Origin: Trichoplax adhaerens
Taxonomy: Eukaryota > Animalia > Placozoa
Assembly (NCBI RefSeq): GCF_000150275.1
Contig: NW_002060946.1
Location: 6,925,855-6,989,854 of the forward strand
DNA: 64,000 nt
Direction of reading: 5' to 3'
The notes below the pieces were generated by a model. It made no database searches and had not been told where the DNA came from. It saw nothing but the letters and a program-made list of their open reading frames with translations. How positions within the stretch are numbered: position 1 is the first letter of the stretch; the number at the start of each line of letters is the position of its first letter. Below, piece by piece: positions 14,851 through 29,800 of this stretch. The position numbers and the translations under genes were made by a program.

Positions 14851-17800
14851 TTATCTGCTGTATTGGATTGTTCTGCCAGATAGTTATTAATGATTTCATC
14901 GGCTTTAGATTGGTAGGATCCTACTGTCTGCTACAATGTAATGCATTAAAAATGGAAATTCTTAACATTTCTACTATGAGACCTGCTGATAGTTGTAACT
15001 AGAGTCTAATAGTGCTCGATATCGGTTATTCTTTAAATGATCGCTAGTCATTTCTAAAGGTGAACAGATAACAAAGCGGTCAAAGACTTATCTATTCTCT
15101 ATACTATAATCGGTGCAAAACACTTGTATGTTAGTATATATGTTATATATATCAATCTTCATCAGTCTTGCATTTAATTGCACACCATCGTGTAGGCTGG
15201 TCCTACGCCTTAGAGATGAAGTCATGGCAACTACGTTTACTGATTTTATGGATAATAATGAAGCCGTCAGTGCAAACATGAGTATATTTGTTATTTGCAT
15301 ACACGGCACAATTTTTTCCAAATTGGAAAGGCCATTTTCTACATAGGTTTTCGATTAATAATTATATATAAGATAGCTAGGATAGATTGTGCGGAAATCA
15401 TGTAAGCTAATAGTACTCTTTAGTAAATTAATTCTACTCGTAACGGAGTTATACGCGTAAAATAGCATGGGAATAAAACACGTTTAACACGGCAAAAACT
15501 TAGAAAACGTTGTATCATGAGTTAATAATACGTACTCCTCTTAATTCAAGGTCTGGTTAACGACAAATAATGCTCACTTCACGTTAACATTTCGAGAATA
15601 ACAGCAAATAATTTAATTAAAAGTGTATCCGTGTCATATCTCACAGTAAACTCTGTTTCTATCATGGTAATGCAGTTGTAATAGGCTGCTTTGCTATTTT
15701 ATCCTTCTTATAATATAGCGTCATAGTGGGTGTTATGTATTATAATTGACAACTTGTTTTGATAGTGCTATTGCACGAGAATCGTGAACGCAAACAGCTA
15801 ATGATTTCTATAAGAAATTCTCACTATTTCTACCATAATGTATATGTCTATTATCGGAATCCATCAATCTACACTCTTAGAGTAAAATAATCAGTCTATC
15901 ATCTACGGGAATATACAGATAAAAAGCGATCGAGTACATTTTGTGTGCTTAACCAACATTCAACCACTAACACCTGTTTTGGCAGCTTAAAGTATGAAAT
16001 AATTTATGACTGTTTCAAGATTCGTTAGCATATTTTGTAAGGAAGAGAGAATTATTACGAAAAGTAATATAAAAAATTAATTAATTAGGCGCAATAGCAT
16101 TTGGGAGGTGCTAAACACGAGCTTGTGTGCAAGTTTCATGAATATTCCAATAACCCCTTTATCTATTAATTTTCTATCGGCTTTTAGATGTATTTTAAAA
16201 TAAACAATCAAAATTTTAAATATGCATTCTTAATGAATTAGCTGCATTATTTGACAAACTTCAAAAATACCTCATCATCTTCGCTTTCAATAAATTGTTG
16301 TTGCGCATCGATTTCTTGTGCTGGCAATTTTGACTTTACGCATAAATTAAAGTGGGAGGAATTTAGTCATTAAGCAAGCAAATAATCTCTTGTTTGTTTA
16401 ATTTCGTATCATGTAATCGTTTAACATAATACATAAAGCATTATGAAATTATTACAAATGACGAAAAAAATTAAGTTATCCTATTCTTGCTACCTGAGCT
16501 CTAGCTTTTATTCTTTCTTGATCATCTCCTATAGCAAGGTTTTTAGCAAAATCATCCATTAATGCTCTAACGGAGCCGACATCAATTTGGCCCTAATACG
16601 ATGTATTTTAATAGACGAATTTGTAATAATTAGCAATATAGCGCGCAACTTCTATTTAAATTTATAAGGTCAAGAACGATCTAATCAATACTATATGTAA
16701 TGTTAAATAAATTAGTATAAGTCTATTCTTCGATGAAAACCAGAAGCTAAATTGGGCGGTTATAAAGAGTTAATTTCTGACCTCACAGGCGGCATATTCT
16801 TGCAATGTCAAATACAATTGTCGAGTTTTTAGGCGCACATTTGAGTTTGATCTATCTAGTTCAGTTGAAGCAATATACTGAACCTAAGTTGAGAATAGAG
16901 TTGTTAGCACCAACGATGGTAGTAAATTACTAAAAAATTTACGTCGATATTATTAATATCAGTATAACAAAAAGTGAAATTTGGACCTGTGCCAAGTTAA
17001 TACTATAATGATACTATAAGACACGCCTTAAACTGAGGTTAAACTAAAAGTTGATTGATATATCAGGACTAATCAAACAGATTGAATATGTGAAGTTATT
17101 GAAATCATCAAAGTATGAATTTCTATTTAAAACATTACGGTTTAAGTATAAAGATAAAGCTATACATACCGTGTCATCCAGGCCTGTAAAGGAATTGCGA
17201 CGCTTATGATTACCGTTATCTTTTCGTTTAGAATCTAGCGATTTCTAAAATGATATATTATAAAAATTGCGGTTACTTAGATGTTGTCCACTACCATAAT
17301 AATAAGAGTTAGTAAACTATTTTAGTTATCGATGCTATAAAATAATAAAAGGAGCGATAAAATGTGTCGTTTTCCTTCATCAATAGTTGCGCATATCTGC
17401 ATATAATGATCAATAACCGTGGAATAACATTGAAGGATAAATTTCTGTGTCTATGCAGTTAATAGACTTCATAGAGGATGACTAAATCTTGATAAAACGA
17501 AATACTTTGCTGTGGTATACATAGCAAAAATTGTATATATTAAAAGAGGTTTAATCGCTTGTCGACGGCTAGATCTTCTCTTTTAAATATGACTGAGATT
17601 ATTCAAGTGGCGCCTTATCAATATTAGTAAGGGGCACTATACGTATGTTATAAGGATCTGTTAAATAGATGTAAGAGCTATACCATTTTAGCATGGTAAA
17701 GCATTGAAGCCATGTAACGTTATCTCTCATATTAATTCGTTATTATGATATGAACTTAAGACTAATTTAAGTTAGATATCATTAAATATAGCAAGAGATA

Positions 17801-20800
17801 ACATCCATAATGGCAATTGGTGTTATTTCCTATGTCATTCAGCAAGTGGCATAAGAATCTAATATTTATTCTATCAAAAGTTGGTCAACATTTTTAAATA
17901 CGACTAAGGCTTTGACTAGCTCTTCGTTAAGGTTAGTAATACGGGCTTATGTTCTAAGGAACGGCCAAAATCAATTTACTAGCAAAAACTTTTTAAACAT
18001 TTGTAAGAAAAATAGAATCACCATGATCATCCATAATTAATACAGTACAAGTATTTCTTATACTAGTACATTGCTACGGTGTGTTATGAACCTTTAATCT
18101 ACGAAAAAGATGTTGAACGAAACAAGGCAATGAAGTCAAACTGATTCTTTGTATTAGCTATGATGACGCAAATCTAAGATTAATGTATCAGTGCCATTTT
18201 TTAACATGGTGCGACAATTGAGTGATGATGGTAATCAACGCTATTTCCTATGCTAATTGGTTTGCTATTATTATGATATCCTTAATATATTGTAATTGAT
18301 CATAGTTGAATCACTAATTTTTATAAAATATTTATTGCGCATTTCCAGGAGAGTAAAGGCTACCATGCTCATTATCTATTACGACAAGACACAATATAGT
18401 AGCTGATTTCCGATTTTTTACCGTTCCTTTCATATTCGTAATTCTAATTTCACTTACCCGTTCAGTCATCAATCTTTGATTTTCTAAATCTCTGTCTAGT
18501 AATTGTTTCTGTAGTTTGAAATTGTTATCTTGTTGCTCAGTCAGTTTATTTCGTAATTCAGACTATTGATGAAATAGCAATAGCAACAATAATTAGCGCT
18601 ATACAAATGATAAATCCCCCAGTAAGTACCCTGTCTGAAGTAGAAAGATAGNNNNNNNNNNNNNNNNNNNNNNNNNNNNNNNNNNNNNNNNNNNNNNNNN
18701 NNNNNNNNNNNNNNNNNNNNNNNNNNNNNNNNNNNNNNNNNNNNNNNNNNNNNNNNNNNNNNNNNNNNNNNNNNNNNNNNNNNNNNNNNNNNNNNNNNNN
18801 NNNNNNNNNNNNNNNATTAGTAACATACCAAGGTGCCTTGTAAACTGATTAATTCTTTTCGATAAGTTAAAATTTCATTCTACAGTTTGTAAGAACGATA
18901 ATGACGCAAGTTAGTACCAGTACATATGAAGTACTCTAGTGCTATAGTCCCAAGTAGTTGCTAGTACATCGCTGTCGGCGGATAAAATGTAGCTTGCAGC
19001 CAATATACGAACGGACAGTGATCAAACTAGTCATCTCAGCGATGAAATGAAAATCCGATTTAATTGTCATACCTTGTAATATTCTTCTAATGATGCGCTA
19101 TTCGACATGCTGTTATCGTCAGATGGATGTGAACTTACTTCGTCTCCATACTAAAAAAAATAATGTTCAATAGTTTATCCTATCGCATCCGTAAATACTT
19201 TTATTATACTCGACTATATTATTATCATCATTAATTTAAAAGTAAGGCTGTGAAGGAAATGGAAATATTCTATGAAATCCTTTCGAGTAGTTTTTCTCTT
19301 CAATTAATAATTTAAGATGGACAGTCTGATATCGAAGCTATACAATTTTACTATCCTTATAAGTTTTATATTAAAATAAATTGACTCACCTTTCCTCGTC
19401 TGCTTTTTGATTTATCTTGGATGGGAGAATGTTGTAATATTATTTGGTCGTCAGTAACAGCAAGTCCAGGTGTTGAATTTTGACTGCGATCATCTGAATT
19501 ATAGCTATTCCGAGATGGTGATATTTGATGAACACTAGCCGTAACATATTTATATTGTGCGTCTTGAGATCGATTGTGGTTGTCATCCGAACTATCATTA
19601 TGATTAAACGATTTCTTTCGTATTACTTTTGGGGCTTGACCAGCTGGTAACTTTTTTCTACTAGGCGATTTGGATCTTCGTCGGCCACTAGCATCGCTAG
19701 AGGGTACACTGTCTGTGCTTAGGCCATTCCTTAATAACTGTGATGTACTTCCTGCAGATAAATAATTATCGGTACTTGATTGCGCTCGTCGGGCACTTTT
19801 ATCAGAATTGTGACCATCATTGGATATATTGTAGGATGTATGGCGATCAAGAGTAGATGAATGATAGGCTGATCTATTGGTATAGCTTGATTGTTTAACG
19901 CTATGAGGTTTATAATGGGCAGCGATAGCTAATACCAATCTCATGGTAGCTTTAATGTTGCCATCAACAATGTCTATCAAATTGAATTCAATCATTCCGA
20001 AGGATTGATGTTATTTTTATGATAAAATTAATGGCGATTTCTATTATAGTTTGTTATTTACCTTTTGCTACTGTTCGGTGCATTTGCATGCGTTTAGCTG
20101 CCATAAATTGTAAGACTCGGTCGACATTATTTTGACAAGCTTCAATTGTTTCAGGATTATTATCGATGCCAGGTAGAATTTCGCCGCCTAAGTGAACAAA
20201 ATTGTGAGTGATGTACGCATATAATTATCAGAGAGAATACTATGGCTGCTTTAATAAACTTGGCAATAGCTAGAAACACTTAGAGACATTTCTTGCTATC
20301 AATAAATTTTGCTATTTCATATTTGACATCTATAAATAGCCGAGTAGTGGCTTACTAACAGCAGTCACTGCTATCGCAACTTTCTAGCAATACTAGCTAA
20401 TAAAGAATTGGTTGAGTAATTTGATGGACTGTATGTAATTATTGTCGTTGCTATAAAAAAAACGGCACTGTAAATAGAGTATACATGATTTGACAGTAAC
20501 AGCGGTAATTAGTTGGTTATCATTGGACTATTGATTCATCTTTAATTACTGTTAATAGAGTATATAAAGTCGATTAGCGGCTTCGTTCAATATTTTAAGT
20601 GTTTAATCTAATTTGAAATGGTAGCTATAGTAGAATCGGGGGATCTGATATTTAAGACTTGAGGAATGGTAAATTATTGATCATAGGAGATAATTCTATA
20701 ATGGTTTTCGTTTTGCTAAGGCACATTAAAAGGCGATAGATTAAGCGAACTTAAGCACTATTCCTGCAATGAACATAATATGTAGTACGGTAATTAATGT

Positions 20801-23800
20801 TAGTTTAGCTAGCAATCGTTCCCTTTTCCTAGATCGGATTGAATTGCTTAATTGGAATCTTTGGTTAAATTAGTAAGTGTAACGTATAAATTTGATAGAT
20901 TGTCAGTGCGAGTAAGAGTTATTGACTAAATCATCAGGATAGCTACCGATGTATTAAATAGCTGACCATGATGAGTGGAAAGGCGCTAGATAAAATAATT
21001 TGGAAGGACAATATTGAAGAGGAAGTTTACTTTACCACAGTAGATTGTTAAGAACTTGCCGAATAAAGAGATAGTATGAAAAAGAATAACCAAAAACTGT
21101 TGTCGTCAATTTGGGTTATACTTTGTGCATGCTTCCGTATACTGGATCCAATTCATAACAAATTATATGCGTTTATGGCGATAGTCTAAAATAATTAATA
21201 CAGTCTACATTTACATCCTACTGCTTTTCTACTCTTAAAATGATTAACGTGATACATGCTTGTATTATCCTTTCCTAAAGGTTGGCCTCACTAATACATG
21301 AATTAATAATTTGATATCCTATGCGATTATTGCGATGCTGGTATGCTAATCAAACGCTGCCAGCACTTATAAATAAATATCTGAGAATGAGGAGTGCAAT
21401 AACGCTCAATAAAGTAATATTTGGATGGACGACATTGAAGCGGAAGTTCCACTTTCGAGAATAGATAGTTAAGAATTTGCCGAATAAAGAAGTAAGATTA
21501 TAAAGCATTACAAAATATCCTTGTTATACATTTGGGGGTATACTTGGTCCATTCTTTCACAAACTAGATCCGATTTATAACAAGTTATATGCGATTATGG
21601 ACATATTCTAAAACGATCAATATAGTCTACACTTACGTATATCCTACTACCTTCTACTCTTCAATAATCAACGTGATATACACTTATATATTATCCTTTC
21701 TTGAAGGTTAGTATCACTCAATGAATTGATGCTTGATGTCCTATGCGATTATTGCTATGCTCGTAGGCTAATCAAGCACTATAAATACTTTTATATATTA
21801 TCCTCTGCTAAAGATTAAGAATTATTTAATGGACACGTGAAATCTTATGCTATTATTGCGATGCTTGCGTATATTGATCGACACAGTCAATACTTCTATC
21901 ATCTTCTTCTAACCGTTAATAATCATTTCATTAATTGATTGATGTCTGCAATCCTCTGCGATTATTACGGTATTTCGAAAGGGGGTTAATGCAGTACATG
22001 GCGATATTATCCCTTCTTGAAGATTACTAGTTATTCCATTAATCGATGTGACAAATTACAGATGATGATTGCAATGGTTATGTACAGTCGTACTATGATT
22101 AATACTACAATTTACTATCGTTCATTTCAGAAGGCCAATAATAAATTAGCCAACGAATGGACATGTAAAATTATTTCACAATTTCAAAATAATCAATATA
22201 GTCACACTCATCTCCTACTTTTCTAAATTTCGATCATAATTATAGGCGATTATCACTCTACTTAAAAATAGTAATCATTCAATTCATTAAGGCATAAAAT
22301 CACGAACGATTATTGCAAGACTCGTAATGTGTTCTAGAAAGTATTCGTTGACATTATACTTCCTGATTGCTCATTATTATCAAATGAATAGCTACGCAAA
22401 ATTAGGTGCAAGTATTACGATAATGATAAAATTAATTCCAACTAACCTACTACAGACTTACTTAATGCAGCAATAAGTTGTGCCAAGGCAACCCCATCTC
22501 GAAGATCATCTTGAAATTGATAAATTTGGCGTTGTCCAGAGATCTTTTTCAATTGTGAATTAATCCACAATGTATAAGTGACAATTTGTTGCTATAAAAA
22601 TAGATTTAAAAATTAAATTTGTATTCGTTAAATTTGTAAAATATTGCATTATTTAGTTTGATACTTGTTGGTAATGAAGTATAAGTTACTATTTTAGACA
22701 GGCTACAACACTTGTATTATAAAATTTTTATTTACATATTGAGTATCAGTCTTCATGTTAAGTTAATGGTATACTAGACTAGTTTTTACGGATTATCATG
22801 AAGCTGCTTATACGATTTTATTGCAAAGTATGGAGGGATAAAAAATATACGTGTCATCAAAAGGTATGTAGAATCCTTCCTGTTGAATTGAGCATTATCC
22901 AGGTTGTTATAAATATAATCAATGGCTACGATGAATATCTCTACCGTGGGAAGAAAAATACCCCTGTTTGCAGAAAAGTGTGCAGAAAATGCAAGATTGA
23001 AATAGAATTCTTTTTTCAATGTTAACGCTTGATTTAGTATCATGATGAATAATGAACGGATAGCAAAGGCAAAGGAAGTAAAGGCTAATGATAGCAAAGT
23101 ATACTAAAGCTCTTGCTACTGTGTCACAGAGACACTTTATTTACAGTAATTATAGAAAATAATATGCTTGGACATTATTGTTCTAAATCAATAGCTGTAA
23201 TGAATATTGCTAGAAGGGAAAGGAAAGGTTCAAGACTAGTCATAGCAGGGGATAGCAACACCTTTCTATTACCTTTCATATTTTTTTTTGATTGATTGAT
23301 TGTCATGATGGATTATTGTCAGTATAGTGATTGTTGTTTTGACGCATAGAGTAATGGCTTTGATGTAACTTGTTGGAGAAATATTCTTCAATTGATTTGT
23401 GAAATGCTATATTGAACATGGATATATAATTTCTAATAAGCATGGATGATTCTATAGTATAGAAAGAGATTGCTTGCTATAAATGCCTGGCGAGAATTAG
23501 TGTTGCTGCAAAGGTACATTAATCATTGCTGTGCCACTAGAAGGATATAGAAAATCCTCCTGATCAATCCTTGATTAGTATAGATTATGATGAGCATAGT
23601 AGTCATGGTTTCCATTCTCTGTGGTGATAAAAATGGCTGCAAAGGAAATGAGAAACTACCCCTTGAGGTTCTACCGAATCCTCTTTTTGATTCTTAATGG
23701 TCGATTGATCATAACGATGGTCAACTACCTAAGGTGATTATGAATCCACAACAAGAATTCATGAATGAATAGGACTACAAGGAAAGGAAAATAAGAATTA

Positions 23801-26800
23801 CTGGTACAGAAGAAGAGTATTCAGCAATCCTGTAAATGCTACTATCTGAAATATTATCCTCATCAATTGTAGCTATCCGTCAAGGGATTGTTTTGCCCTG
23901 CATCCAATAGCAGCCATGAATATTGCTGTTGGGGAATAAACGATTAGCTTCAACATGTCGTTGCTCCCTCATTTCATAGACTACAGTCCATAGCGATGGT
24001 CCATAGTACGAGTATAACTTTGATGTTGAAGATGGCAAAATGAGGTAAAGACAAAGCTATTGATTAGTATGAGCAGACATAAGACGCCATTTTCAATTAG
24101 ATTAGGATGCCATCTGGCGCGTCGTTAATTTACTATTAAGAATATAAAGTCTTTCCTTTAATTAACTTATTATCCCCATCCAAAATTGTGCTCAAGAATG
24201 CCTTTACAACTGTATGATATTCATTCTTCACTTTTCAAGTCATACGATCCGATACTTTCCATTGCCTTCAAGATGAAAGCAAAATTATTCTAAATATTAA
24301 AATGGCAGTTGATAGGTAATCACGCGTTACCATGATCCATCCATCGCTGACAATATTGATCAGCAAGGCAAATTAGATCGGTACATGAAATTTTTTCAAC
24401 GGACAACATTCTGTCTATGTCTATGATATGAATAGTGGTTTATGGCTGTAATTAGTTCTACAGCATGGATCGATAATCAGTGGATGTGCTAAAGTGATCC
24501 ATGTTTGATGAGATTGATCAGCGGGATAACCGATGTACCAGCTCAGACTCGATCCTTCTCCAAAATAAATCAACTACTGTATGCGGATTTAGGCATGGCT
24601 ATATTAAAATAAATATATCTTTCTACGAATGGAGTTGTTAATCGGTAATTTATTCTTAGGTTGAAATGATCGATGGCTAATGCGATGCACTAGTAGGGCA
24701 ATGTATCAGTAAATTCAATCTACTTATTCCACCATTTGTTTAGCTAAAATGGAGTTATAAGTATCAATATTGTCTTGTAGACGCCTACAAATATTGATTG
24801 ATTCGTCGTCAGAACTATTTTATAATGAGTAAAGAGTAGAACCTATCAAGTTGTTCAATATCCATAAAAATAATGGAAGAAAGTCACGGTGATTCAAAAT
24901 ATTCAATCAATTCTACAGTGGATAATATCCTATCTTTCCTTTATCACGATAACGATGTCAAAGTTACTCATTAGAATATTGATAATCACGAGATCTAAGA
25001 ATAAGTTTTGTCCTAGATACTTATAGTACATTAGAAGTAGAAATGTGTAAATTGTCCATCCTCTTTCTCGTCATGATTACGATGTGAAAGTGACGAATTG
25101 AAGTGGACAACAACGATGATTATGAATCAATTTTGCTGTAGAGAATCACGGTGGAATAGAAATAGAGAAAGGAAAGAAATCATGTCTGGCATGTTGTACC
25201 AACTTGATTCACGATCAAGAACGAATATGAAAGGGAAAATTAGATTGATATCAAGACTAATTGATCGTAAAGTCGAAACTATCATTGCGATCCATGACGA
25301 TGAGCTAGTTTGTCTACAAATTAATTCGACTCCAGTCAAGGCTAGTAATAGGCATGCAAAGTGTGTCCAATTCTACGTTAAAAGTAGGGATTGCATCTTA
25401 TTGGAATGGCGGATACTGATTTCCAAAAAAAAATCGACAGATTCTTGTTCATTTACAGCGCTTTTAATCGATTACCGATGGGAAAGGGCCTATGCATAGT
25501 GTGCCAACTTGATTAACCATCAATAACGGATATGGAAGAGGAAATGGGATTGATGGAAAGAACGTTCATTATTGTTGAATAATATGCATTTTATCATGGA
25601 ATATCTTGATTGATTGGAAAAGGATATCATGCAATGGGTTTGGCTTTATTGCTGTATCTGGGCTGGACGACTTTGGTTGAAGGAAAAATTTCTTCCATAC
25701 CATGTTGTGCATGGCTATTAAAAACGATGGGCAATTCAATCTGTTGAACAACATGGATCATGTTGTTCAACAGATTAATTCATCAGATCAATCATTGTAT
25801 CTTGCATTGGATGAGGATAACCTTTGTTTATTAGACAATTTCTCCATCATGCAAAAAGGGGATAAAATCAGCCTAGGTAGTAGTAATGTAGTGATAACTT
25901 TCTTTCTTCTATTGCTTATTTCCTTAGCAGCTTGATTTGGATTATGGCGTCGAAATGGGCGATTGTAGTGGATGTAGAAGGCAAGGTTGAAAGTCATCAT
26001 TGGTCATGTTAATTTATCCTAGAGTTGACTACTCCATCGATCGTTGTTGTTCTTTTGGCAGATTATGAAAGGGTAAATAGACTGATCAACAAGAGGAAGT
26101 GATTGCCATGATAGCAAGACTATCTGCTAATGCAAGTCCTGAAGTTTGCAATCATCATGGAGATCATTTGTCTAATTTATCTTCACTTGGACTACTCTTG
26201 GCTTCGCCTAAATGGATGAAATTGCTGTCATCCTAGCAAGACTTTCTGCCAATGCAAGTCGTAAAGTGTGCCATCATCATGGAGATTATTTATTCAATTT
26301 ATCTTCACTTTGACTACTCTTCATTTCGCATAAATGTGTGAAAACAAGTTGTCATCATCTTGGTGATGATAACTGCCTTGTAGAATTTCAATTTTCCCTT
26401 CTTTTCTCCCTTGTATAGGGTTCAAAATTAGACCAGTTTTCTTCACTGTGACTACTCATAGCTTAGTAACGGTATATGCAAGCGTGCAATCATCATGGTG
26501 ATTATGTGTAGAATTGATCTTCACTCTGGCTACTCTTAGCTTGGTGAAAATGCAATTTTTCTTCCTTGTAGAAGGCTGAAAATTAGACAACAATTTTTCT
26601 TTCCTGTGATTACTCCTAGCTTAGCATCCATGTGTGAATACGCTGCAATTCTCATGGTGATCCTGTCTACGATCTATTTCCACTTTGGCTACTTCTAGCT
26701 TAGTAGAAACGCGTGAAAATGCTGCTATAATCAGAATGATTATGAATTTGCAATTTTTCTTTCCTTTCTCCCTTGTAGAGTGGTCAAAAGAAGATCAAGT

Positions 26801-29800
26801 TACCTTCACTGTGACAACTCCTAACTGAGTATAATTAGATGAAAACACTGCAATCAACATGGTCATCATGTACATCTACAATCTATCTTCACTTTGGCTA
26901 CTCCTAGCTTAGCATAAGCGCATGAAAACGCTACAATGATCAAAACTGATTGTGAAATTTCAAATTTTCTTTCCTTTTTCCCTTGTGCTCAAAAGAAGAT
27001 CAATTTCTCTTCACTGTGACTACTTATAGCTTAGCATAAGTGTGCAAATATGCTGCAATCATCATGGTGATCATGTCTCCAATTTCTCTTCACTGTGACT
27101 CCTTATAACTTAGCATAAGTGTGCAAATATGCTGCAATCATCATGGAGATCATGTCTCCAATTTCTTTTCACTTTGGTTACTCAGAGCTTGGCATAAGCG
27201 CATGAAAACGCTACAATCATCAAAGGGGTAATTGTGAAATTTCAATTTTTCTTTCCTTTCTTCCTTGTAGAGTGCTCGAAAAGGATCATTACTCTTTACT
27301 ATGACTAGTCATAGCTTAGCAGAAGTGTGTTAAAAACGCTGCAATTCTCTTCCTGATCATTCCTGCCTTGTGAAATTGCAATTTTCTTTTCACTTCTCCC
27401 TGAAAAAACGCTCGAAAGATGGCAATCTCTCTTTCCTTCGGCAACTCAGAAGTGTGTAAAATCGCTACAATCACCATAGTGATCATTTCTACCATGGGAA
27501 ATTTTAATTTTTCGTAATTTTTCTCCGCGGTAAAGTCCTCGAAAAACGATAATCTACCATTCCTTGGCCTATTTATAACTGTGTGCAAACGCTGTAATCA
27601 TTATGGTGATAATCATGATTTCTACAACTTCTCTTTCCTTTGGCTACTCGTAGCTTTACATAAGAGCATGAAAACGCTGCAATGATCATGATGATTGTCC
27701 GATGGCAATATTTCTCTCCTTTCTCCCTTATAGAATGATCAAAAGAAGGCCATTTCTCTTTACTGGGATTACTCGTAGCTTAGCAAAAGTGTGTAAGAGC
27801 ATGAAAACGCTGCAATGATCATATGATGATTGTCCGATGACAATATTTCTCTCCTTTCTCCCTTATAAAATGGTCAAAAGAAGGTCATTTCTCTTTACTG
27901 TGATTACTCATGGCTTCGCAAAAGTGTGTGCAAACGCTGTCATGGCGATCATGGAGGCTTATACAATTTCAATTTTCCTATCCATTAATATTAAATCATT
28001 CAGAATTGTATTTCCATCATTCTATCCAATTCTCCCTTGTCATGTGGCCGGAAGATTTTAATTTTTTTATGAATGGGACAGTATCCTATTTTAATATATA
28101 CTGTAGATATGTTAAAATAGCGTTATGATCATTCGCTTGATTTCTATCTTGGAATACCACAAGATGACAACCATCTTCTACTTGCCATGAACTAATAAAC
28201 TACTTCAAAGGAGTACCAATGGAGGATAACATGGCTACTCTATTTCTTCTTAGCCGTTGAATACAAAGATTTCCATTTTAATTTCCTTCTTGACCAGTAG
28301 ATTACTACGGTTAAATAGACATTTCTATCAACAATATATTGTCCATCAACATCCATGGACTACCACAAAGTCTGTTTCCAGTAGTTTACATTTCATTTCT
28401 ACTTAGCAAAAAGAAGTGATTGAAAGATTCAATTTTCATTCCCTGTAGTTGATCTTTGCCATGAAAGGGTGGCTAAGGCAAAGTAGCCGAACCATCAATA
28501 TTATTCATCATCCTGTTGAATTTCTACCTTGGATGGAGCGATTGAAAATATTATTTTCAAGATAAGTTTAGCAACCTTCTCATGGATGATTCTTTGGCAT
28601 TTCTACCTTGGATGGATTGATCGAAAAGAATATTTTCAATCGGGACAAGATTGTCGTAGAAACCTTCTCATGGATGATACTGTTGTATTTTTACTGTGGA
28701 TGCTGAGTCATTGAAAATGGTATTCTCAATGAGGACAAGATGGAAACTTTCCTATCGGTGAATCTATTGACGAGTATTTCTACCTAGGATTGAAAATGTA
28801 CTTGACAACAAAGTAGAAACCTTCTCATTAATAATCCTGTTGTATTTCTACCTTGGATTGGACGATAGCAAATCTTTTCTTGGACCCATCAAATGCTGGA
28901 AAAAAGTAAAAATAGGCGAAAAAAATGGCCGTATCGAAGGTAACTCAAGTATCATCATCCTATCGATTTCTACTGGATGATAGATTGCAGCTACAAATCA
29001 TCGTCATCGCCCATCTACAGAACAAGTAGTGCAATATACTAGTGGCAAAGTTGAATATCATGATCTATTTCTATCAAGGGAAGAATAACAACTTTGAAAT
29101 TATTTTCTTTGCCGTCACGATAGGGACCAAAGCGATCAAATAGGCTAGTGACAAAGTACAATATCATGATGATATCCATTTCTATCCATAGATTATTATT
29201 GGAAGATGGAAATGTTTTGGCTATTGATCCTTTGAAGGGTCTAGTGATGCCAAATTTACAATATCTTTTTACAAAGTCCAATGATTGACTAAAAGTATTT
29301 TCATCGTCATGTCTCTATCTGTCCTACAAGATGGAAATATTTTGGCTGTTGATGCACAACCTTCTCTTAGGAGTCTAGTGATGTCTAATGGCGGTAAGTT
29401 AGTTTATGACTAAACGTATAATCATTTTTGGCCTACGGTTGGAAATTTTCTGTTGGTTATAGACCTCGAACATCCTTTTGGCAAGGGATGTGAAATGGCA
29501 GTGACAAAGTTGATGAATAAAAGAATGATCATCATGTCCTTGTCTATCCTTAGACTATCATCAGCAACTTTCTTTTGGTGATCGAGAAAGCCACCACATT
29601 CTTTTCGCCAGGGATGTAAAATAGCAGTGACCAAATTGATAAATAAAAGTCGGATTATTCTTAGACTACGATTGGAAACTTTCTTCTGGTTACAGACCTA
29701 CAGAATCCTTTTGGCAAGTGATGTCAAATGGCAGTAACAAAGTTCATGAAGAAAGGCATCATGTCCCTCTCTACCCTTAGACGGCCATTAGCAATTTTCT

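Noticed and set aside
15088-15346. Overlapping 77-aa ORFs inside Dixin
   Set aside because: No convincing splice sites or homology. It could hide a small exon but this is unsupported.
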